From Verrucomicrobiota bacterium (GTDB lineage Bacteria > Verrucomicrobiota > Verrucomicrobiia > Chthoniobacterales > UBA6821), in assembly GCA_008932965.1 (NCBI GenBank), contig WBXG01000010.1, positions 3,898 through 35,897 of the forward strand: a stretch of 32,000 nt of DNA, in the 5' to 3' direction. Below the pieces are notes generated by a model. It was given only the letters and a program-made list of their open reading frames with translations. It ran no database searches and had not been told where the DNA came from. The translations under genes were made by a program, and so were the position numbers. Below, one piece after another: positions 8,708 through 17,054 of the stretch (positions are counted from its first letter, which is position 1; each line of letters begins with the position of its first letter).

Positions 8708-9152
8708 ACAACTTAATTTGCAGTCAACGGATGAGCCAACAAGTCAACCGTCCGACTCTAGTTCAGATGATTCATCATAGAAAAGATCAGCTGATATCAT
8801 CGAAGCTGCTTCTATGGGAGGAGTATTTGGAACAGGGGCATTAATTTGGGCTCTTCATAAGAGTGCTGTTTTGGATGGTACCAAAGCTCATTTTACAAAT
8901 AAATTTTTTCCCAACAGAGGAAAATAGTGCCAGTAGAAGCAGTAATAGAGGAGGAATCTGGTGATGTTGAATTATTCGGCGGAACAGCAACCAATCCCGA
9001 CTCTCAAAATTGAAGAAAACTAGGAGTTAAATAGTTGGGATGCTTGCTATAAAAAATCCACTTTTGTTTACTCTCTTTGTGTTCTTTTATGGCTAATTTT
9101 CTTTTTTTAATTAGATTCTTAATCCCTTCTATTCCTGTGAATTTTTTTTATC

Positions 9153-11147
9153 ATGCTCACTGCTTCTAACTTATCTAAATCTTTTGGTGGCCGTACTCTT
9201 TTTGAAGAGGCCTCTCTTCAAGTCAATCGGGGTGACCGCATTGGTCTTATTGGAGCCAACGGAGCTGGTAAGTCTACCCTTTTTTCTCTTATTCTCAAAG
9301 AAGCCTCCCCCGATTCCGGAGTAATTGCTCTGGAGCGAAATATCCAAATTGGTTTTCTTCCCCAAGAAAATGCTACCTCTGGCAATGAGACCATTTTGGA
9401 ATTAGCCACTGGAATTAATCCAGCAATGGAAGAAGCTCATCGGCTCTTGCGTGAGCACCCCAACCATGAAGATCCACTACATCATGAGGGACAGGCCCTC
9501 TTTGCTGAAAATGAGGGCTATGCCCTTGAGGCCAAAGCAAAACGGATCTTGAATGGCCTTGCCTTTCGTGAAAACGACTTTAACCGCATGGCCCGCACCA
9601 TGAGTGGTGGTTGGATCATGCGGGCACACCTTGCTCGTCTCCTCGTCTTAGAACCTGACCTGCTGATGTTAGATGAGCCGACGAATCACTTGGATCTAGA
9701 ATCCCTTGGCTGGTTTCAAAATTATCTCATTAATTATAGCGGGGCCATTCTAGCCATTTCTCATGATCGCGAATTCTTAAATGTGATTTGTGAATCGATT
9801 CTTCAAATTAGTCATCGCAAACTTCATCACTATCGAGGCAACTTCGATTCTTTTCTGGAACAAAAAGCTGCTCGAGATGAACAACAGCTTGCTGCTTATA
9901 AAAGTCAGCAACGTGAAATTGTAGAGATCCAACGTTTCATCGATCGCTTTAGAGCGAAAGCAAGCAAAGCCTCTCAAGCTCAAGATCGTATGAAACAACT
10001 TGCTCGTATGGTTCGTATTGAACCACCAGAACGTGCCGAATCAACTGTTCATTTTCGTTTCCCTCAGCCAGTTCGTAGTGGACAGCGTGTTGCTCGCTTA
10101 ACAGATGTTAAACAGGCTTATGGGGCTCATGTGGTCTATGAAAATCTCAACCTGGAAGTAGAACGTGGACAACGCACTGTCCTTGTCGGGCCTAACGGTG
10201 CTGGAAAATCGACCTTATTAAAAATCCTTGCAGACATGCTTCCTCTGGAAGCTGGGACCTATGAACATGGTCATAACAGTTCGATTGGTTATTTTGCACA
10301 ACACCGGACCGAAATGATGGATCTAAAAAAAACAGTGCTCCAGGAAGTTATGAGTATTCCCAAGCCAGTTGCCGAACAGACAGCACGCACCATCCTGGGC
10401 TCTTTTTTATTTCGTGGAGAGGATGTCTTTAAACCAGTGGCAGTCTTAAGTGGTGGAGAGAAAAGTCGTTTAGCTCTCGTAAAACTGCTCCTAGATCCTC
10501 CTAATTTTTTACTCCTCGATGAACCGACCACTCATCTTGATATGCCAAGTATTGATGCTCTCATTAGTGCATTAAAACAATATGAGGGAACCTTATTGTT
10601 TGTGAGTCACGATGTTTATTTTATCAAAGCCTCTGCAACAAGTGTCCTTCATATTAATGCTGGAGATGTCACTCCCTATGCTGGTGACTATAATTATTAC
10701 TTAGAAAAATCGGGAGCAATTTCGGAAAAAGCAGCCCTTGTCTCACCCGGGAATGGACCATTACTGAGTAACTCCCAGCCTCAGAAACTTGTTTCTACCG
10801 CTCCTGCAATACCCAAGATGGGTCTCAAAGAGATCAAAGCGCTTCGTAAAGCAGAGGCAGAAAAAAGAAAAACTGCCAATAAGCTACGACGTGAGCTTGA
10901 AAAAGAGATTGCAGCACTTGAATCAACTATTGCTAATTTAGAATCTGAAAAAAACCGTTTGGAAGCAGCTCTTGAAGATCCTATTTCCTACGAAAAAGGA
11001 ACGACTTTTCAACTCAATCGTGAACTTTCAGTGACTTTAGCAACATTAGAAAGAACAACATGCCGGTGGGATCAACTCACCACAAGGTTGACTCAAGAGT
11101 ATCCTGAAGCATTCTTAACAAAGGAAGATGAGATTGTCATTCAATGA
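9153..11147 (+). CDS. ABC-F family ATPase (two ABC domains, no TM domain, C-terminal coiled coil)
   Basis: 664 aa. It has two Walker A motifs (GANGAGKST, GPNGAGKST), two signature motifs (MSGGW, LSGGEK), two Walker B motifs (LMLDEPTNHLD, LLLDEPTTHLD), an inter-domain linker and a K/E-rich C-terminal coil. Confidence 0.9.
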   Translation: MLTASNLSKSFGGRTLFEEASLQVNRGDRIGLIGANGAGKSTLFSLILKEASPDSGVIALERNIQIGFLPQENATSGNETILELATGINPAMEEAHRLLREHPNHEDPLHHEGQALFAENEGYALEAKAKRILNGLAFRENDFNRMARTMSGGWIMRAHLARLLVLEPDLLMLDEPTNHLDLESLGWFQNYLINYSGAILAISHDREFLNVICESILQISHRKLHHYRGNFDSFLEQKAARDEQQLAAYKSQQREIVEIQRFIDRFRAKASKASQAQDRMKQLARMVRIEPPERAESTVHFRFPQPVRSGQRVARLTDVKQAYGAHVVYENLNLEVERGQRTVLVGPNGAGKSTLLKILADMLPLEAGTYEHGHNSSIGYFAQHRTEMMDLKKTVLQEVMSIPKPVAEQTARTILGSFLFRGEDVFKPVAVLSGGEKSRLALVKLLLDPPNFLLLDEPTTHLDMPSIDALISALKQYEGTLLFVSHDVYFIKASATSVLHINAGDVTPYAGDYNYYLEKSGAISEKAALVSPGNGPLLSNSQPQKLVSTAPAIPKMGLKEIKALRKAEAEKRKTANKLRRELEKEIAALESTIANLESEKNRLEAALEDPISYEKGTTFQLNRELSVTLATLERTTCRWDQLTTRLTQEYPEAFLTKEDEIVIQ

Positions 11148-11210
11148 GAATGCATCCAATCGAAGATGATACGCTAGGAGCTGCTCTTTAGATTTAAAAG
11201 ACTATAAATT

Positions 11211-11660
11211 TCAAATAATATTTTGATGAAGTAGTATTAAAATATTATTTAAAGCATGTTGTATCGTCTCACAACAGTGTTGATATGTTTCTAGATTGCC
11301 TCCGATAGGATCGATGACATCCTCCTGTGTGATTCCTTCATTAAGTAAAAAAAACTTTTTTTGGTGCTCAGGATAGAGGAAGAGGAGCTCTCGAAGATGA
11401 TCGCGGGTCATTGCAAAAACATGGGTTGATTGCTCGATTAAAAACGGGGTAACAGGCTGACTTTTAAATAAAGAAAAATCGATGCCATGCTCTGACAAAA
11501 CCGCATTAGTAAATGAACTTGCAGAAAGGCCCCGTGCTGCATGCAGACCAGCAGAAGCAACAGTAAAACCGTGATTCTCTTCTACCATTTTTTGAAAAAG
11601 CCCATGAGCAATTGGACTTCTACACGTATTACCGGTACAAACAAAAAGTATCCTCTTCAT
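11211..11660 (-). CDS. Low-molecular-weight protein-tyrosine phosphatase family protein
   Basis: 149 aa. It has the N-terminal P-loop VCTGNTCRSP (CX5R-S) and a downstream D-P loop (VIDPIGG). Confidence 0.85.
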   Translation of the reverse strand: MKRILFVCTGNTCRSPIAHGLFQKMVEENHGFTVASAGLHAARGLSASSFTNAVLSEHGIDFSLFKSQPVTPFLIEQSTHVFAMTRDHLRELLFLYPEHQKKFFLLNEGITQEDVIDPIGGNLETYQHCCETIQHALNNILILLHQNII

Positions 11661-11778
11661 TCAAAGAGAGTAGTTAAAAACTGCCCTCCTAAGCAAGGAC
11701 TTGCCGAAAAGTTGCTAAAAATCATATCAAAATGATAGTGACATTAGATTGGTTATTGGCTAGAGTTACACGTTCATT

Positions 11779-12084
11779 ATGCAACGAAAAAGCGCCTTCT
11801 CTCGTAGACTACCTGACCTCGTAACTGAGGAATTAGTCGCCGTACTCTCCAAAAAAGGAACTTCTTTTGAATTCAAGCAACTGTTCGATATTATTTATGA
11901 ACGTCTAAAAAAGAGAAACGCTGCTAGTGGAGGAGAAGAAATGCTACGTCTCCGTGCCTATGAAAAGCTCCAGCATCTCGTTTCCAGAGGTATGGTTAAA
12001 AAGACAGGAAAAAAATATAAAGGCCTCGTCTCACTTGCAAATGCATTGACACCAACAGAACCTTTTGTTACTAAGCCAGCTTAA
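11779..12084 (+). CDS. Small basic hypothetical protein
   Basis: 101-aa ORF ending 10 nt before the probable nuoA ATG, on the same strand. I recognise no motif. Confidence 0.4.
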   Translation: MQRKSAFSRRLPDLVTEELVAVLSKKGTSFEFKQLFDIIYERLKKRNAASGGEEMLRLRAYEKLQHLVSRGMVKKTGKKYKGLVSLANALTPTEPFVTKPA

Positions 12085-12094
12085 CTTCATTGCT

Positions 12095-12469
12095 ATGACC
12101 GACACTTACGGATCTCTTCTCGTTCATGTTGTAGTTTCCCTAGCATTCGCACTTTCTATTTGGTTTGCTAGTCTCCTTTTAGGACGGATTGGAACGGCAT
12201 TTGGGGTTAAAAATGCTGCTTACGAATGCGGCATGATTCCCAAGATGACGATTCAGCCTCGATTCAGTGTCAAATTTTATTTGGTCGCCATGCTCTTCAT
12301 TCTTTTTGATATTGAAGTAATCTTTATGGTCCCTTGGGCTGTTTGTTATCGAGATTTCATCGTGCAATATGGAGATATTATTTTAGGAAGCATGTTGAGC
12401 TTCGTTACGATCCTGATGGTTGGATATATTTATGCTATCAAAAAAGGGGCATTAGAATTTGCCTCTTAA
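12095..12469 (+). CDS. nuoA: NADH-quinone oxidoreductase subunit A
   Basis: It has three TM helices and the NuoA/ND3 signature YECGMIP...RFSVKFYLVAMLFILFDIEVIFMVPWAV. The ATG at 12095 was chosen, because the track ORF begins at an in-frame TTG at 12065. Confidence 0.85.
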   Translation: MTDTYGSLLVHVVVSLAFALSIWFASLLLGRIGTAFGVKNAAYECGMIPKMTIQPRFSVKFYLVAMLFILFDIEVIFMVPWAVCYRDFIVQYGDIILGSMLSFVTILMVGYIYAIKKGALEFAS

Positions 12470-12530
12470 AGTGCCTCCATCAAAGCAGAGATGGGATACG
12501 TTAGGCGACTGTTTTGATACTTCCTGTTTG

Positions 12531-12842
12531 GAGCACCACAGCGACACAGCACTTCGCTGCAGAAGATATTTTTTAAAATGAAATTTCTTTTTTAATCGCT
12601 CTTATGCTGATGAAATGCAAGAAGTCGAGGAGCACAGATGACGAGCGTATAGTTAATACGTGAGAAGTCGAGCACCACAGCGACACAGCACTTCGCTGCA
12701 GAAGATATTTTTAAAATGAAATTTCTTTTTTAATCGCTCTTATGCTGATGAAATGCAAGAAGTCGAGGAGCACAGATGACGAGCGTATAGTTAATACGTG
12801 AGGAGTCGAGCACCACAGCGACACGGCACTTCGCTGCAGAAG
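12531..12842. repeat. Tandem direct repeat, 2.25 copies of a 138-139-bp unit, immediately upstream of tRNA-Ser
   Basis: Units start at 12531, 12670 and 12808 (GAGCACCACAGCGACAC...). Copies 1 and 2 are nearly identical apart from one T-run length difference and a few substitutions. Copy 3 breaks off after GCAGAAGA. Confidence 0.9.
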
Positions 12843-12861
12843 AGCGATTAAAAAAGAAATT

Positions 12862-12953
12862 GGAAGGATGGCTGAGCCTGGTTGAAGGCACTCGACTCGA
12901 AATCGAGCGTAGGGTTAAACCTACCGTGGGTTCGAATCCCACTCCTTCCACCA
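12862..12953 (+). tRNA. tRNA-Ser (anticodon CGA), CCA encoded
   Basis: The acceptor pairs GGAAGGA/TCCTTCC. The anticodon stem is CTCGA/TCGAG with loop CTCGAAA. There is a long variable arm GTAGG-GTTAAA-CCTAC. The T arm is GTGGG-TTCGAAT-CCCAC, followed by the discriminator A and CCA. Confidence 0.92.
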
Positions 12954-12962
12954 TTTTGGAGG

Positions 12963-13054
12963 CCCGGTTAGCCGGGTATCACCATCCTTTGACTGCCTTG
13001 TACTAATGAAGCTTTGTACGGCGCCTTGCGACAGATCAGTATGAAATATCAGGT
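12963..13054 (+). mobile_element. Truncated or degenerate MITE-like copy (copy E), right half only
   Basis: The right terminus GATCAGTATGAAATATCAGGT matches the family right TIR and is followed by TTAG (13055-13058). Upstream, GTATCACCATCCTTTGACTGCCTT resembles GCATCCATCCTTGCTTCCCGTCCT of copy D. The left boundary is uncertain (CCCGGTTAGCCGGG hairpin at 12963-12976). Confidence 0.5.
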
Positions 13055-13341
13055 TTAGTATACAGAGGATTTTTTGAAATGAAGGTAGCAGATATTTTTT
13101 TTGCCTTTTTACTAACTAGTGAAAATTCTATTGGCATTTTTAAAAAATCCCCGGGGAATCCACTGAGGGTCGGATTACTGCTTCCTCCAATGATGATGGG
13201 TAGAAGAACAATAAAAAGCTCCTCGAGGTTTTGGATATTGGGATACAACGAGGTTGAAGCAGGTATTTTAAATTCCTCACATAGCAAAGGGTCATTAATG
13301 AGCTTCCCGTCAATGCTCATGAGGACCTTCAATAATGCCAT
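13036..13341 (-). pseudogene. RibD C-terminal-domain / DHFR-like reductase remnant (internally shortened), ending inside copy E
   Basis: 101-aa ORF. The start (KVLMSIDGKL) and end (LEELFIVLLPIIIGGSSNPTLSG) resemble the two ends of RibD_C-type reductase domains. Only about 30 aa lie between them, where roughly 100 would be expected. The C-terminus KPDISY-stop is encoded by the element TIR. Confidence 0.4.
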
Positions 13342-13344
13342 GAT

Positions 13345-14427
13345 TTAAAAGTTTTTTTCTGCATTGCTTTCTACCTCTTCTTCAAGCAGCTCTACTTGGT
13401 CACTCATTTCATGGAAGCTACTATTTCCTCCAGAACTAGGACGATAAAAAAGATAAAAAATACCACCAATTAAACTCCAAAAAACAGTGAGTGAAAAACT
13501 GGTTAATGAGATTAAGACGGCAAGAGATTTTGGGGTTCCATATAATGTGTTCAACAAGGTTTCGAAAAGACCTTCACGAACTCCAATACCACTCAAACTA
13601 ATAGGGATATTACAGATTGTATTAACAATGGGAATGACCACAATCATCGGCCCTGCTCCAGGAGCTCCAGGAAGTGCAGAAAAGGCATAGGCTGCAAAAA
13701 TACCAGAACCAAAGAGAAAGATATTCATGAGAATTGAATAAAAAAAAGCGCTTCCTAGGGCCTTTTTTTTAGAACTATAGGCAGAAAGTGCTGTTCCAAT
13801 ATCGACTAGAGTTCGATGACCAGGGATCCAATGAGGAATATACTTCCAAAGATGAAAATAATTCACAACAAGACTAAAAATAAGAAAACAAACAAAACCA
13901 CCAAAAACAGCAAGAACTGTTGTTAAAAGACCTTCGGTAACAGGATTAGCCAGGAGTTGTCGAAAAGAAAAAAGACCAATAAATAGCGTCACTACCATGA
14001 GAGAAAACATTCCAATAAAACGATCAAACATAATGCTAAAAAAAACAGCTGTTTTTTGTTGCGGGACTTCTTTCATCGAGTAAAAGATTTTTAAAACATC
14101 ACCTCCAACCGAGCCGAGCAGAAAGAGATTAAAAAACATCCCAATCATCACAAGAGAGAATGTTCTTTTCCATCCAAAATGAATTTTCTGAATTGCAAGC
14201 AGCACATACCACCGCATTGTTGAACAAAGCAATACAGCTCCAAAGCAGAACAACCCTGGAATCAACCAGAGTAATTGAGCGCGTTGAAGCGCCATTGTCA
14301 TTTGTGAACGCTTTACTGGATCATGAAAAATCCACCAGAGCAAAAAAAGCGTTACGGCTCCTTGCACAATAGGCATAATCAATTTTTTACATTTCATAGA
14401 AGGGGTGAAAAGTAACCAACTCTTCAA
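13345..14427 (-). CDS. Lysylphosphatidylglycerol-synthase-TM-type (UPF0104, flippase-like) integral membrane protein
   Basis: 360 aa with about 8 TM helices. It has the family-typical MRWYVLL motif and FFNLFLLGSVGGDVLK motif. Confidence 0.65.
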   Translation of the reverse strand: MKSWLLFTPSMKCKKLIMPIVQGAVTLFLLWWIFHDPVKRSQMTMALQRAQLLWLIPGLFCFGAVLLCSTMRWYVLLAIQKIHFGWKRTFSLVMIGMFFNLFLLGSVGGDVLKIFYSMKEVPQQKTAVFFSIMFDRFIGMFSLMVVTLFIGLFSFRQLLANPVTEGLLTTVLAVFGGFVCFLIFSLVVNYFHLWKYIPHWIPGHRTLVDIGTALSAYSSKKKALGSAFFYSILMNIFLFGSGIFAAYAFSALPGAPGAGPMIVVIPIVNTICNIPISLSGIGVREGLFETLLNTLYGTPKSLAVLISLTSFSLTVFWSLIGGIFYLFYRPSSGGNSSFHEMSDQVELLEEEVESNAEKNF

Positions 14428-14488
14428 ACAAAAGAAAAGGTTTCTTTGTTTTATTCTGATTATTTTTTACATCCCGTGAGCGCATTTC

Positions 14489-15580
14489 GTGATTGAACAC
14501 CTCTATATCCACATTCCCTTTTGCCCCAATATCTGCCCTTATTGTGCCTTCTACAAAGAGACAGCGGGAAGAGACCGTGTTGAACTATTTATAGAGGCAC
14601 TTCTCTTAGAAGCTCAATTTCATGCTTCAGAGCTACTTCCCAAGACTATTTTTTTTGGAGGGGGGACACCTAGCGCTCTTTCGTTTTCTCAAATGGAACG
14701 CCTTCTTGATGGATTGCATCATACCCTCAATCTCTCAGCTATAGAGGAATGGACCATAGAGATGAATCCAGCTACTGTCTCTTCCGACAAGGCCAAACTC
14801 CTCTATGAAGCAGGTGTTAATCGTATTAGCATGGGAGTTCAATCATGGGATGATGCTGTTCTTAAAACACTAGGGCGAATGCATTCATCTCAGAAGGGAG
14901 AGGAATCGTTTTATTTACTACGCGAAGCGGGTTTCAGAAATATTTCCATTGATTTGATTTTTGGGATTCCTTATCAATCATTAAACTCCTGGAGAAACAC
15001 ACTTGAAAAAACAGTGTTATTAGCTCCAGAGCATCTCTCTGCCTATGGATTGACCTATGAGGAGGGAACAGATTTTTTTCGTCAACGGAGTCGTGGTGTC
15101 ATGAAAGAAAATAATGATTTAGAAGCAGAACAATTTGAATTAGCTGATGCCATCCTAGAAAGTAGCGGGTATGAGCACTATGAGATTTCTAATTATGCTA
15201 AGAATCATCATGAATCAAAACACAATCTGGCTTATTGGCTTGGCAGTGATTACCTAGGTTTGGGGCCAAGTGCTTTTTCAACAGTAAGAGGAGAGCGCTG
15301 GCGTAATATTGCTGAAACAGGCCTCTATAGCTCTAGCACGATCGAAGGAAAAACAGCTCGTGATTTTGAGGAAAAGCTCTCTTTAAGTCTCCTGGCCTCT
15401 GAGCGTGCTGCCTTTGGCCTACGCACCAATCAGGGGCTTGATTTTGAGAAAGCACATCCATGGCATCAGGCAATGGTGGAGATGGAACAGCATGGGCTTC
15501 TCTACCGCACTCAGGACCGATGGCTTCTTACTAAAAAAGGATTTTTGCTTGCAGATACAGTTGGAGAAATTTTTTTTTAA
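14489..15580 (+). CDS. hemW: Radical SAM heme chaperone HemW (coproporphyrinogen-III-oxidase-like)
   Basis: 363 aa with a GTG start. It has the CX3CX2C cluster motif in YIHIPFCPNICPYCAF, GGGTPS, and a HemN_C-like C-terminal domain. Confidence 0.85.
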   Translation: MIEHLYIHIPFCPNICPYCAFYKETAGRDRVELFIEALLLEAQFHASELLPKTIFFGGGTPSALSFSQMERLLDGLHHTLNLSAIEEWTIEMNPATVSSDKAKLLYEAGVNRISMGVQSWDDAVLKTLGRMHSSQKGEESFYLLREAGFRNISIDLIFGIPYQSLNSWRNTLEKTVLLAPEHLSAYGLTYEEGTDFFRQRSRGVMKENNDLEAEQFELADAILESSGYEHYEISNYAKNHHESKHNLAYWLGSDYLGLGPSAFSTVRGERWRNIAETGLYSSSTIEGKTARDFEEKLSLSLLASERAAFGLRTNQGLDFEKAHPWHQAMVEMEQHGLLYRTQDRWLLTKKGFLLADTVGEIFF

Positions 15581-15604
15581 TTGTTACCATTTCTTTTTTT
15601 CTTC

Positions 15605-16795
15605 ATGGAAACAAATCGGCCTCGACACAAAAAAGCGATCATTACTGTTGTTACTAGTAATTGTTTTCATCAAGCCCATGTTTTAGGAAAAACGGTAAAG
15701 CTCTTTGAAAAAGAATCGGACTTTATTATTTTTGTTGTCGATTATAAAGCTAACGAACCTTGTTATCAGGGATGTGAGTTTGAAATTATTGATGCTAAGA
15801 TTTTAAATCCTGATGAATGGGAACGTTTCTTATTTCAATACAAAGGGATTTCTGTTTGCTGCGCCCTGAAATCTAGAGCACTGAGCCATGCATTGCTTTT
15901 CTATGAAAAAGTTATTTACCTAGACAGCGATATCGAACTGTTTCATGACCTCTCAGAAGCATGGAGTCAACTAGATCATTGTGACCTCAGCCTCACACCC
16001 CAGAGAAATGAAGCCCCATGTGTTGTGGCTACTATGATTCCACAAATAATGCTTCGAATCTCTGGTGTTTTTAATGCAGGTTATATTGGAACTTCGCGTG
16101 GCGCCTCTCCTTTTCTCGAGTGGTGGTGGGAATGCACCCATTATAACTGCCTCGTAGATGATTATATTATTGGAATATACCTAGATCAAATCTACCTCAA
16201 TGAGGCACTATGGCGAGTAAACCGATTGGGTATTTTAAAACATAGTGGCTACAATGTTGCTTGGTGGAATTTTGACCAAAGAAATATCAAGCGTCCCCAT
16301 GATCGCTATTTCGTGAATGATCAACCTCTTGTCTTTTTTCACTATTCCTGTTTTTCCTTTTTTCTAAGAAATAAAAAAAATTTTCGCTGGCTCAAAAGTA
16401 GATTTGGAGAATTGTATTTTGAATTATACTCCAATTATATTGGGAGGTTATCTTACTACAAAAACAAGCTCCAAATACCATCTTACTCTTATAATCATTT
16501 TATTGATGGAACTCCCATAAGCTATGAGTGGAGAGAGCACATGAGAAGGGATATCCCTGAGTTAAAAGAGACCACACATCCCTTTGAACTTTCTGAAACA
16601 AAGAGAAAGGAAATTGAAAAAATAATGTCAAAGCGCCCTGAATTTTTTCAACCCAATCCTACACGTATCATCAATAATTGGAGAAATTCAGATCTTGTCT
16701 TCACACGTGCTCTTAGCAAAAGTGATAGCTACATTCGTTTTCTTGAAAAAGTGATTCATGAACGTGGCTATAATAAAACAGATACTTCACAATAG
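15605..16795 (+). CDS. Nucleotide-diphospho-sugar (GT-A-like, DxD) glycosyltransferase-like protein
   Basis: It has an N-terminal beta-strand, ITVVTSNCF, and a DxD motif in YLDSDIELFHDL. The ATG at 15605 was chosen, because the track ORF starts at a TTG at 15581. The family assignment is only approximate. Confidence 0.5.
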   Translation: METNRPRHKKAIITVVTSNCFHQAHVLGKTVKLFEKESDFIIFVVDYKANEPCYQGCEFEIIDAKILNPDEWERFLFQYKGISVCCALKSRALSHALLFYEKVIYLDSDIELFHDLSEAWSQLDHCDLSLTPQRNEAPCVVATMIPQIMLRISGVFNAGYIGTSRGASPFLEWWWECTHYNCLVDDYIIGIYLDQIYLNEALWRVNRLGILKHSGYNVAWWNFDQRNIKRPHDRYFVNDQPLVFFHYSCFSFFLRNKKNFRWLKSRFGELYFELYSNYIGRLSYYKNKLQIPSYSYNHFIDGTPISYEWREHMRRDIPELKETTHPFELSETKRKEIEKIMSKRPEFFQPNPTRIINNWRNSDLVFTRALSKSDSYIRFLEKVIHERGYNKTDTSQ

Positions 16796-16843
16796 CCCTA
16801 ATAGATGAAGCGTGATTATACGGGTTTAAGAGTAACAAAGAGC

Positions 16844-16931
16844 TGGTGCCGATGGTGGGACTCGAACCCACACTCCACTTTCGCGGAAAGGGATTTTAAG
16901 TCCCTTGCGTCTGCCATTTCGCCACATCGGC
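16844..16931 (-). tRNA. tRNA-Leu (anticodon UAA), CCA encoded
   Basis: On the reverse complement the acceptor pairs GCCGATG/CATCGGC. The anticodon stem is AGGGA/TCCCT with loop CTTAAAA. There is a long variable arm. The T arm is GTGGG-TTCGAGT-CCCAC, then A and CCA. Confidence 0.9.
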
Positions 16932-17054
16932 CTCTTTCGTTGTAAAAAGAAAAAGGTAATTCCTTCATCCCTACTTTACGTAGCAAAATTAACACTCTCC
17001 CGTTTCTTTTACTTCACTAAACGAGTAACCATTTTAGTGATTATCTTACAAAGA

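Noticed and set aside
12531-12842. Possible CRISPR array, since regularly spaced direct repeats are present.
   Set aside because: The whole 138-139-bp unit repeats, including what would be the spacers. There are no unique spacers, no 25-40-bp repeat architecture and no cas genes in the window.
12730-12954. A 74-aa minus-strand ORF overlapping the tandem repeat and tRNA-Ser.
   Set aside because: It is antisense to a well-formed tRNA gene and to non-coding repeats. It is an artefact of ORF calling.
16808-16830. GATTATACGGGTTTAAG near tRNA-Leu resembles the right end of the element family (GAAATATCCGGGTTAAA).
   Set aside because: The match is short and interrupted, and no further element-like sequence lies upstream. 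It is too weak to call a remnant.
12862-16931. A genomic island bounded by tRNA-Ser and tRNA-Leu.
   Set aside because: There is no integrase, no direct repeat of a tRNA 3' end downstream, and the intervening genes (UPF0104 membrane protein, hemW, glycosyltransferase) are housekeeping-like with the same base composition as the rest of the window.
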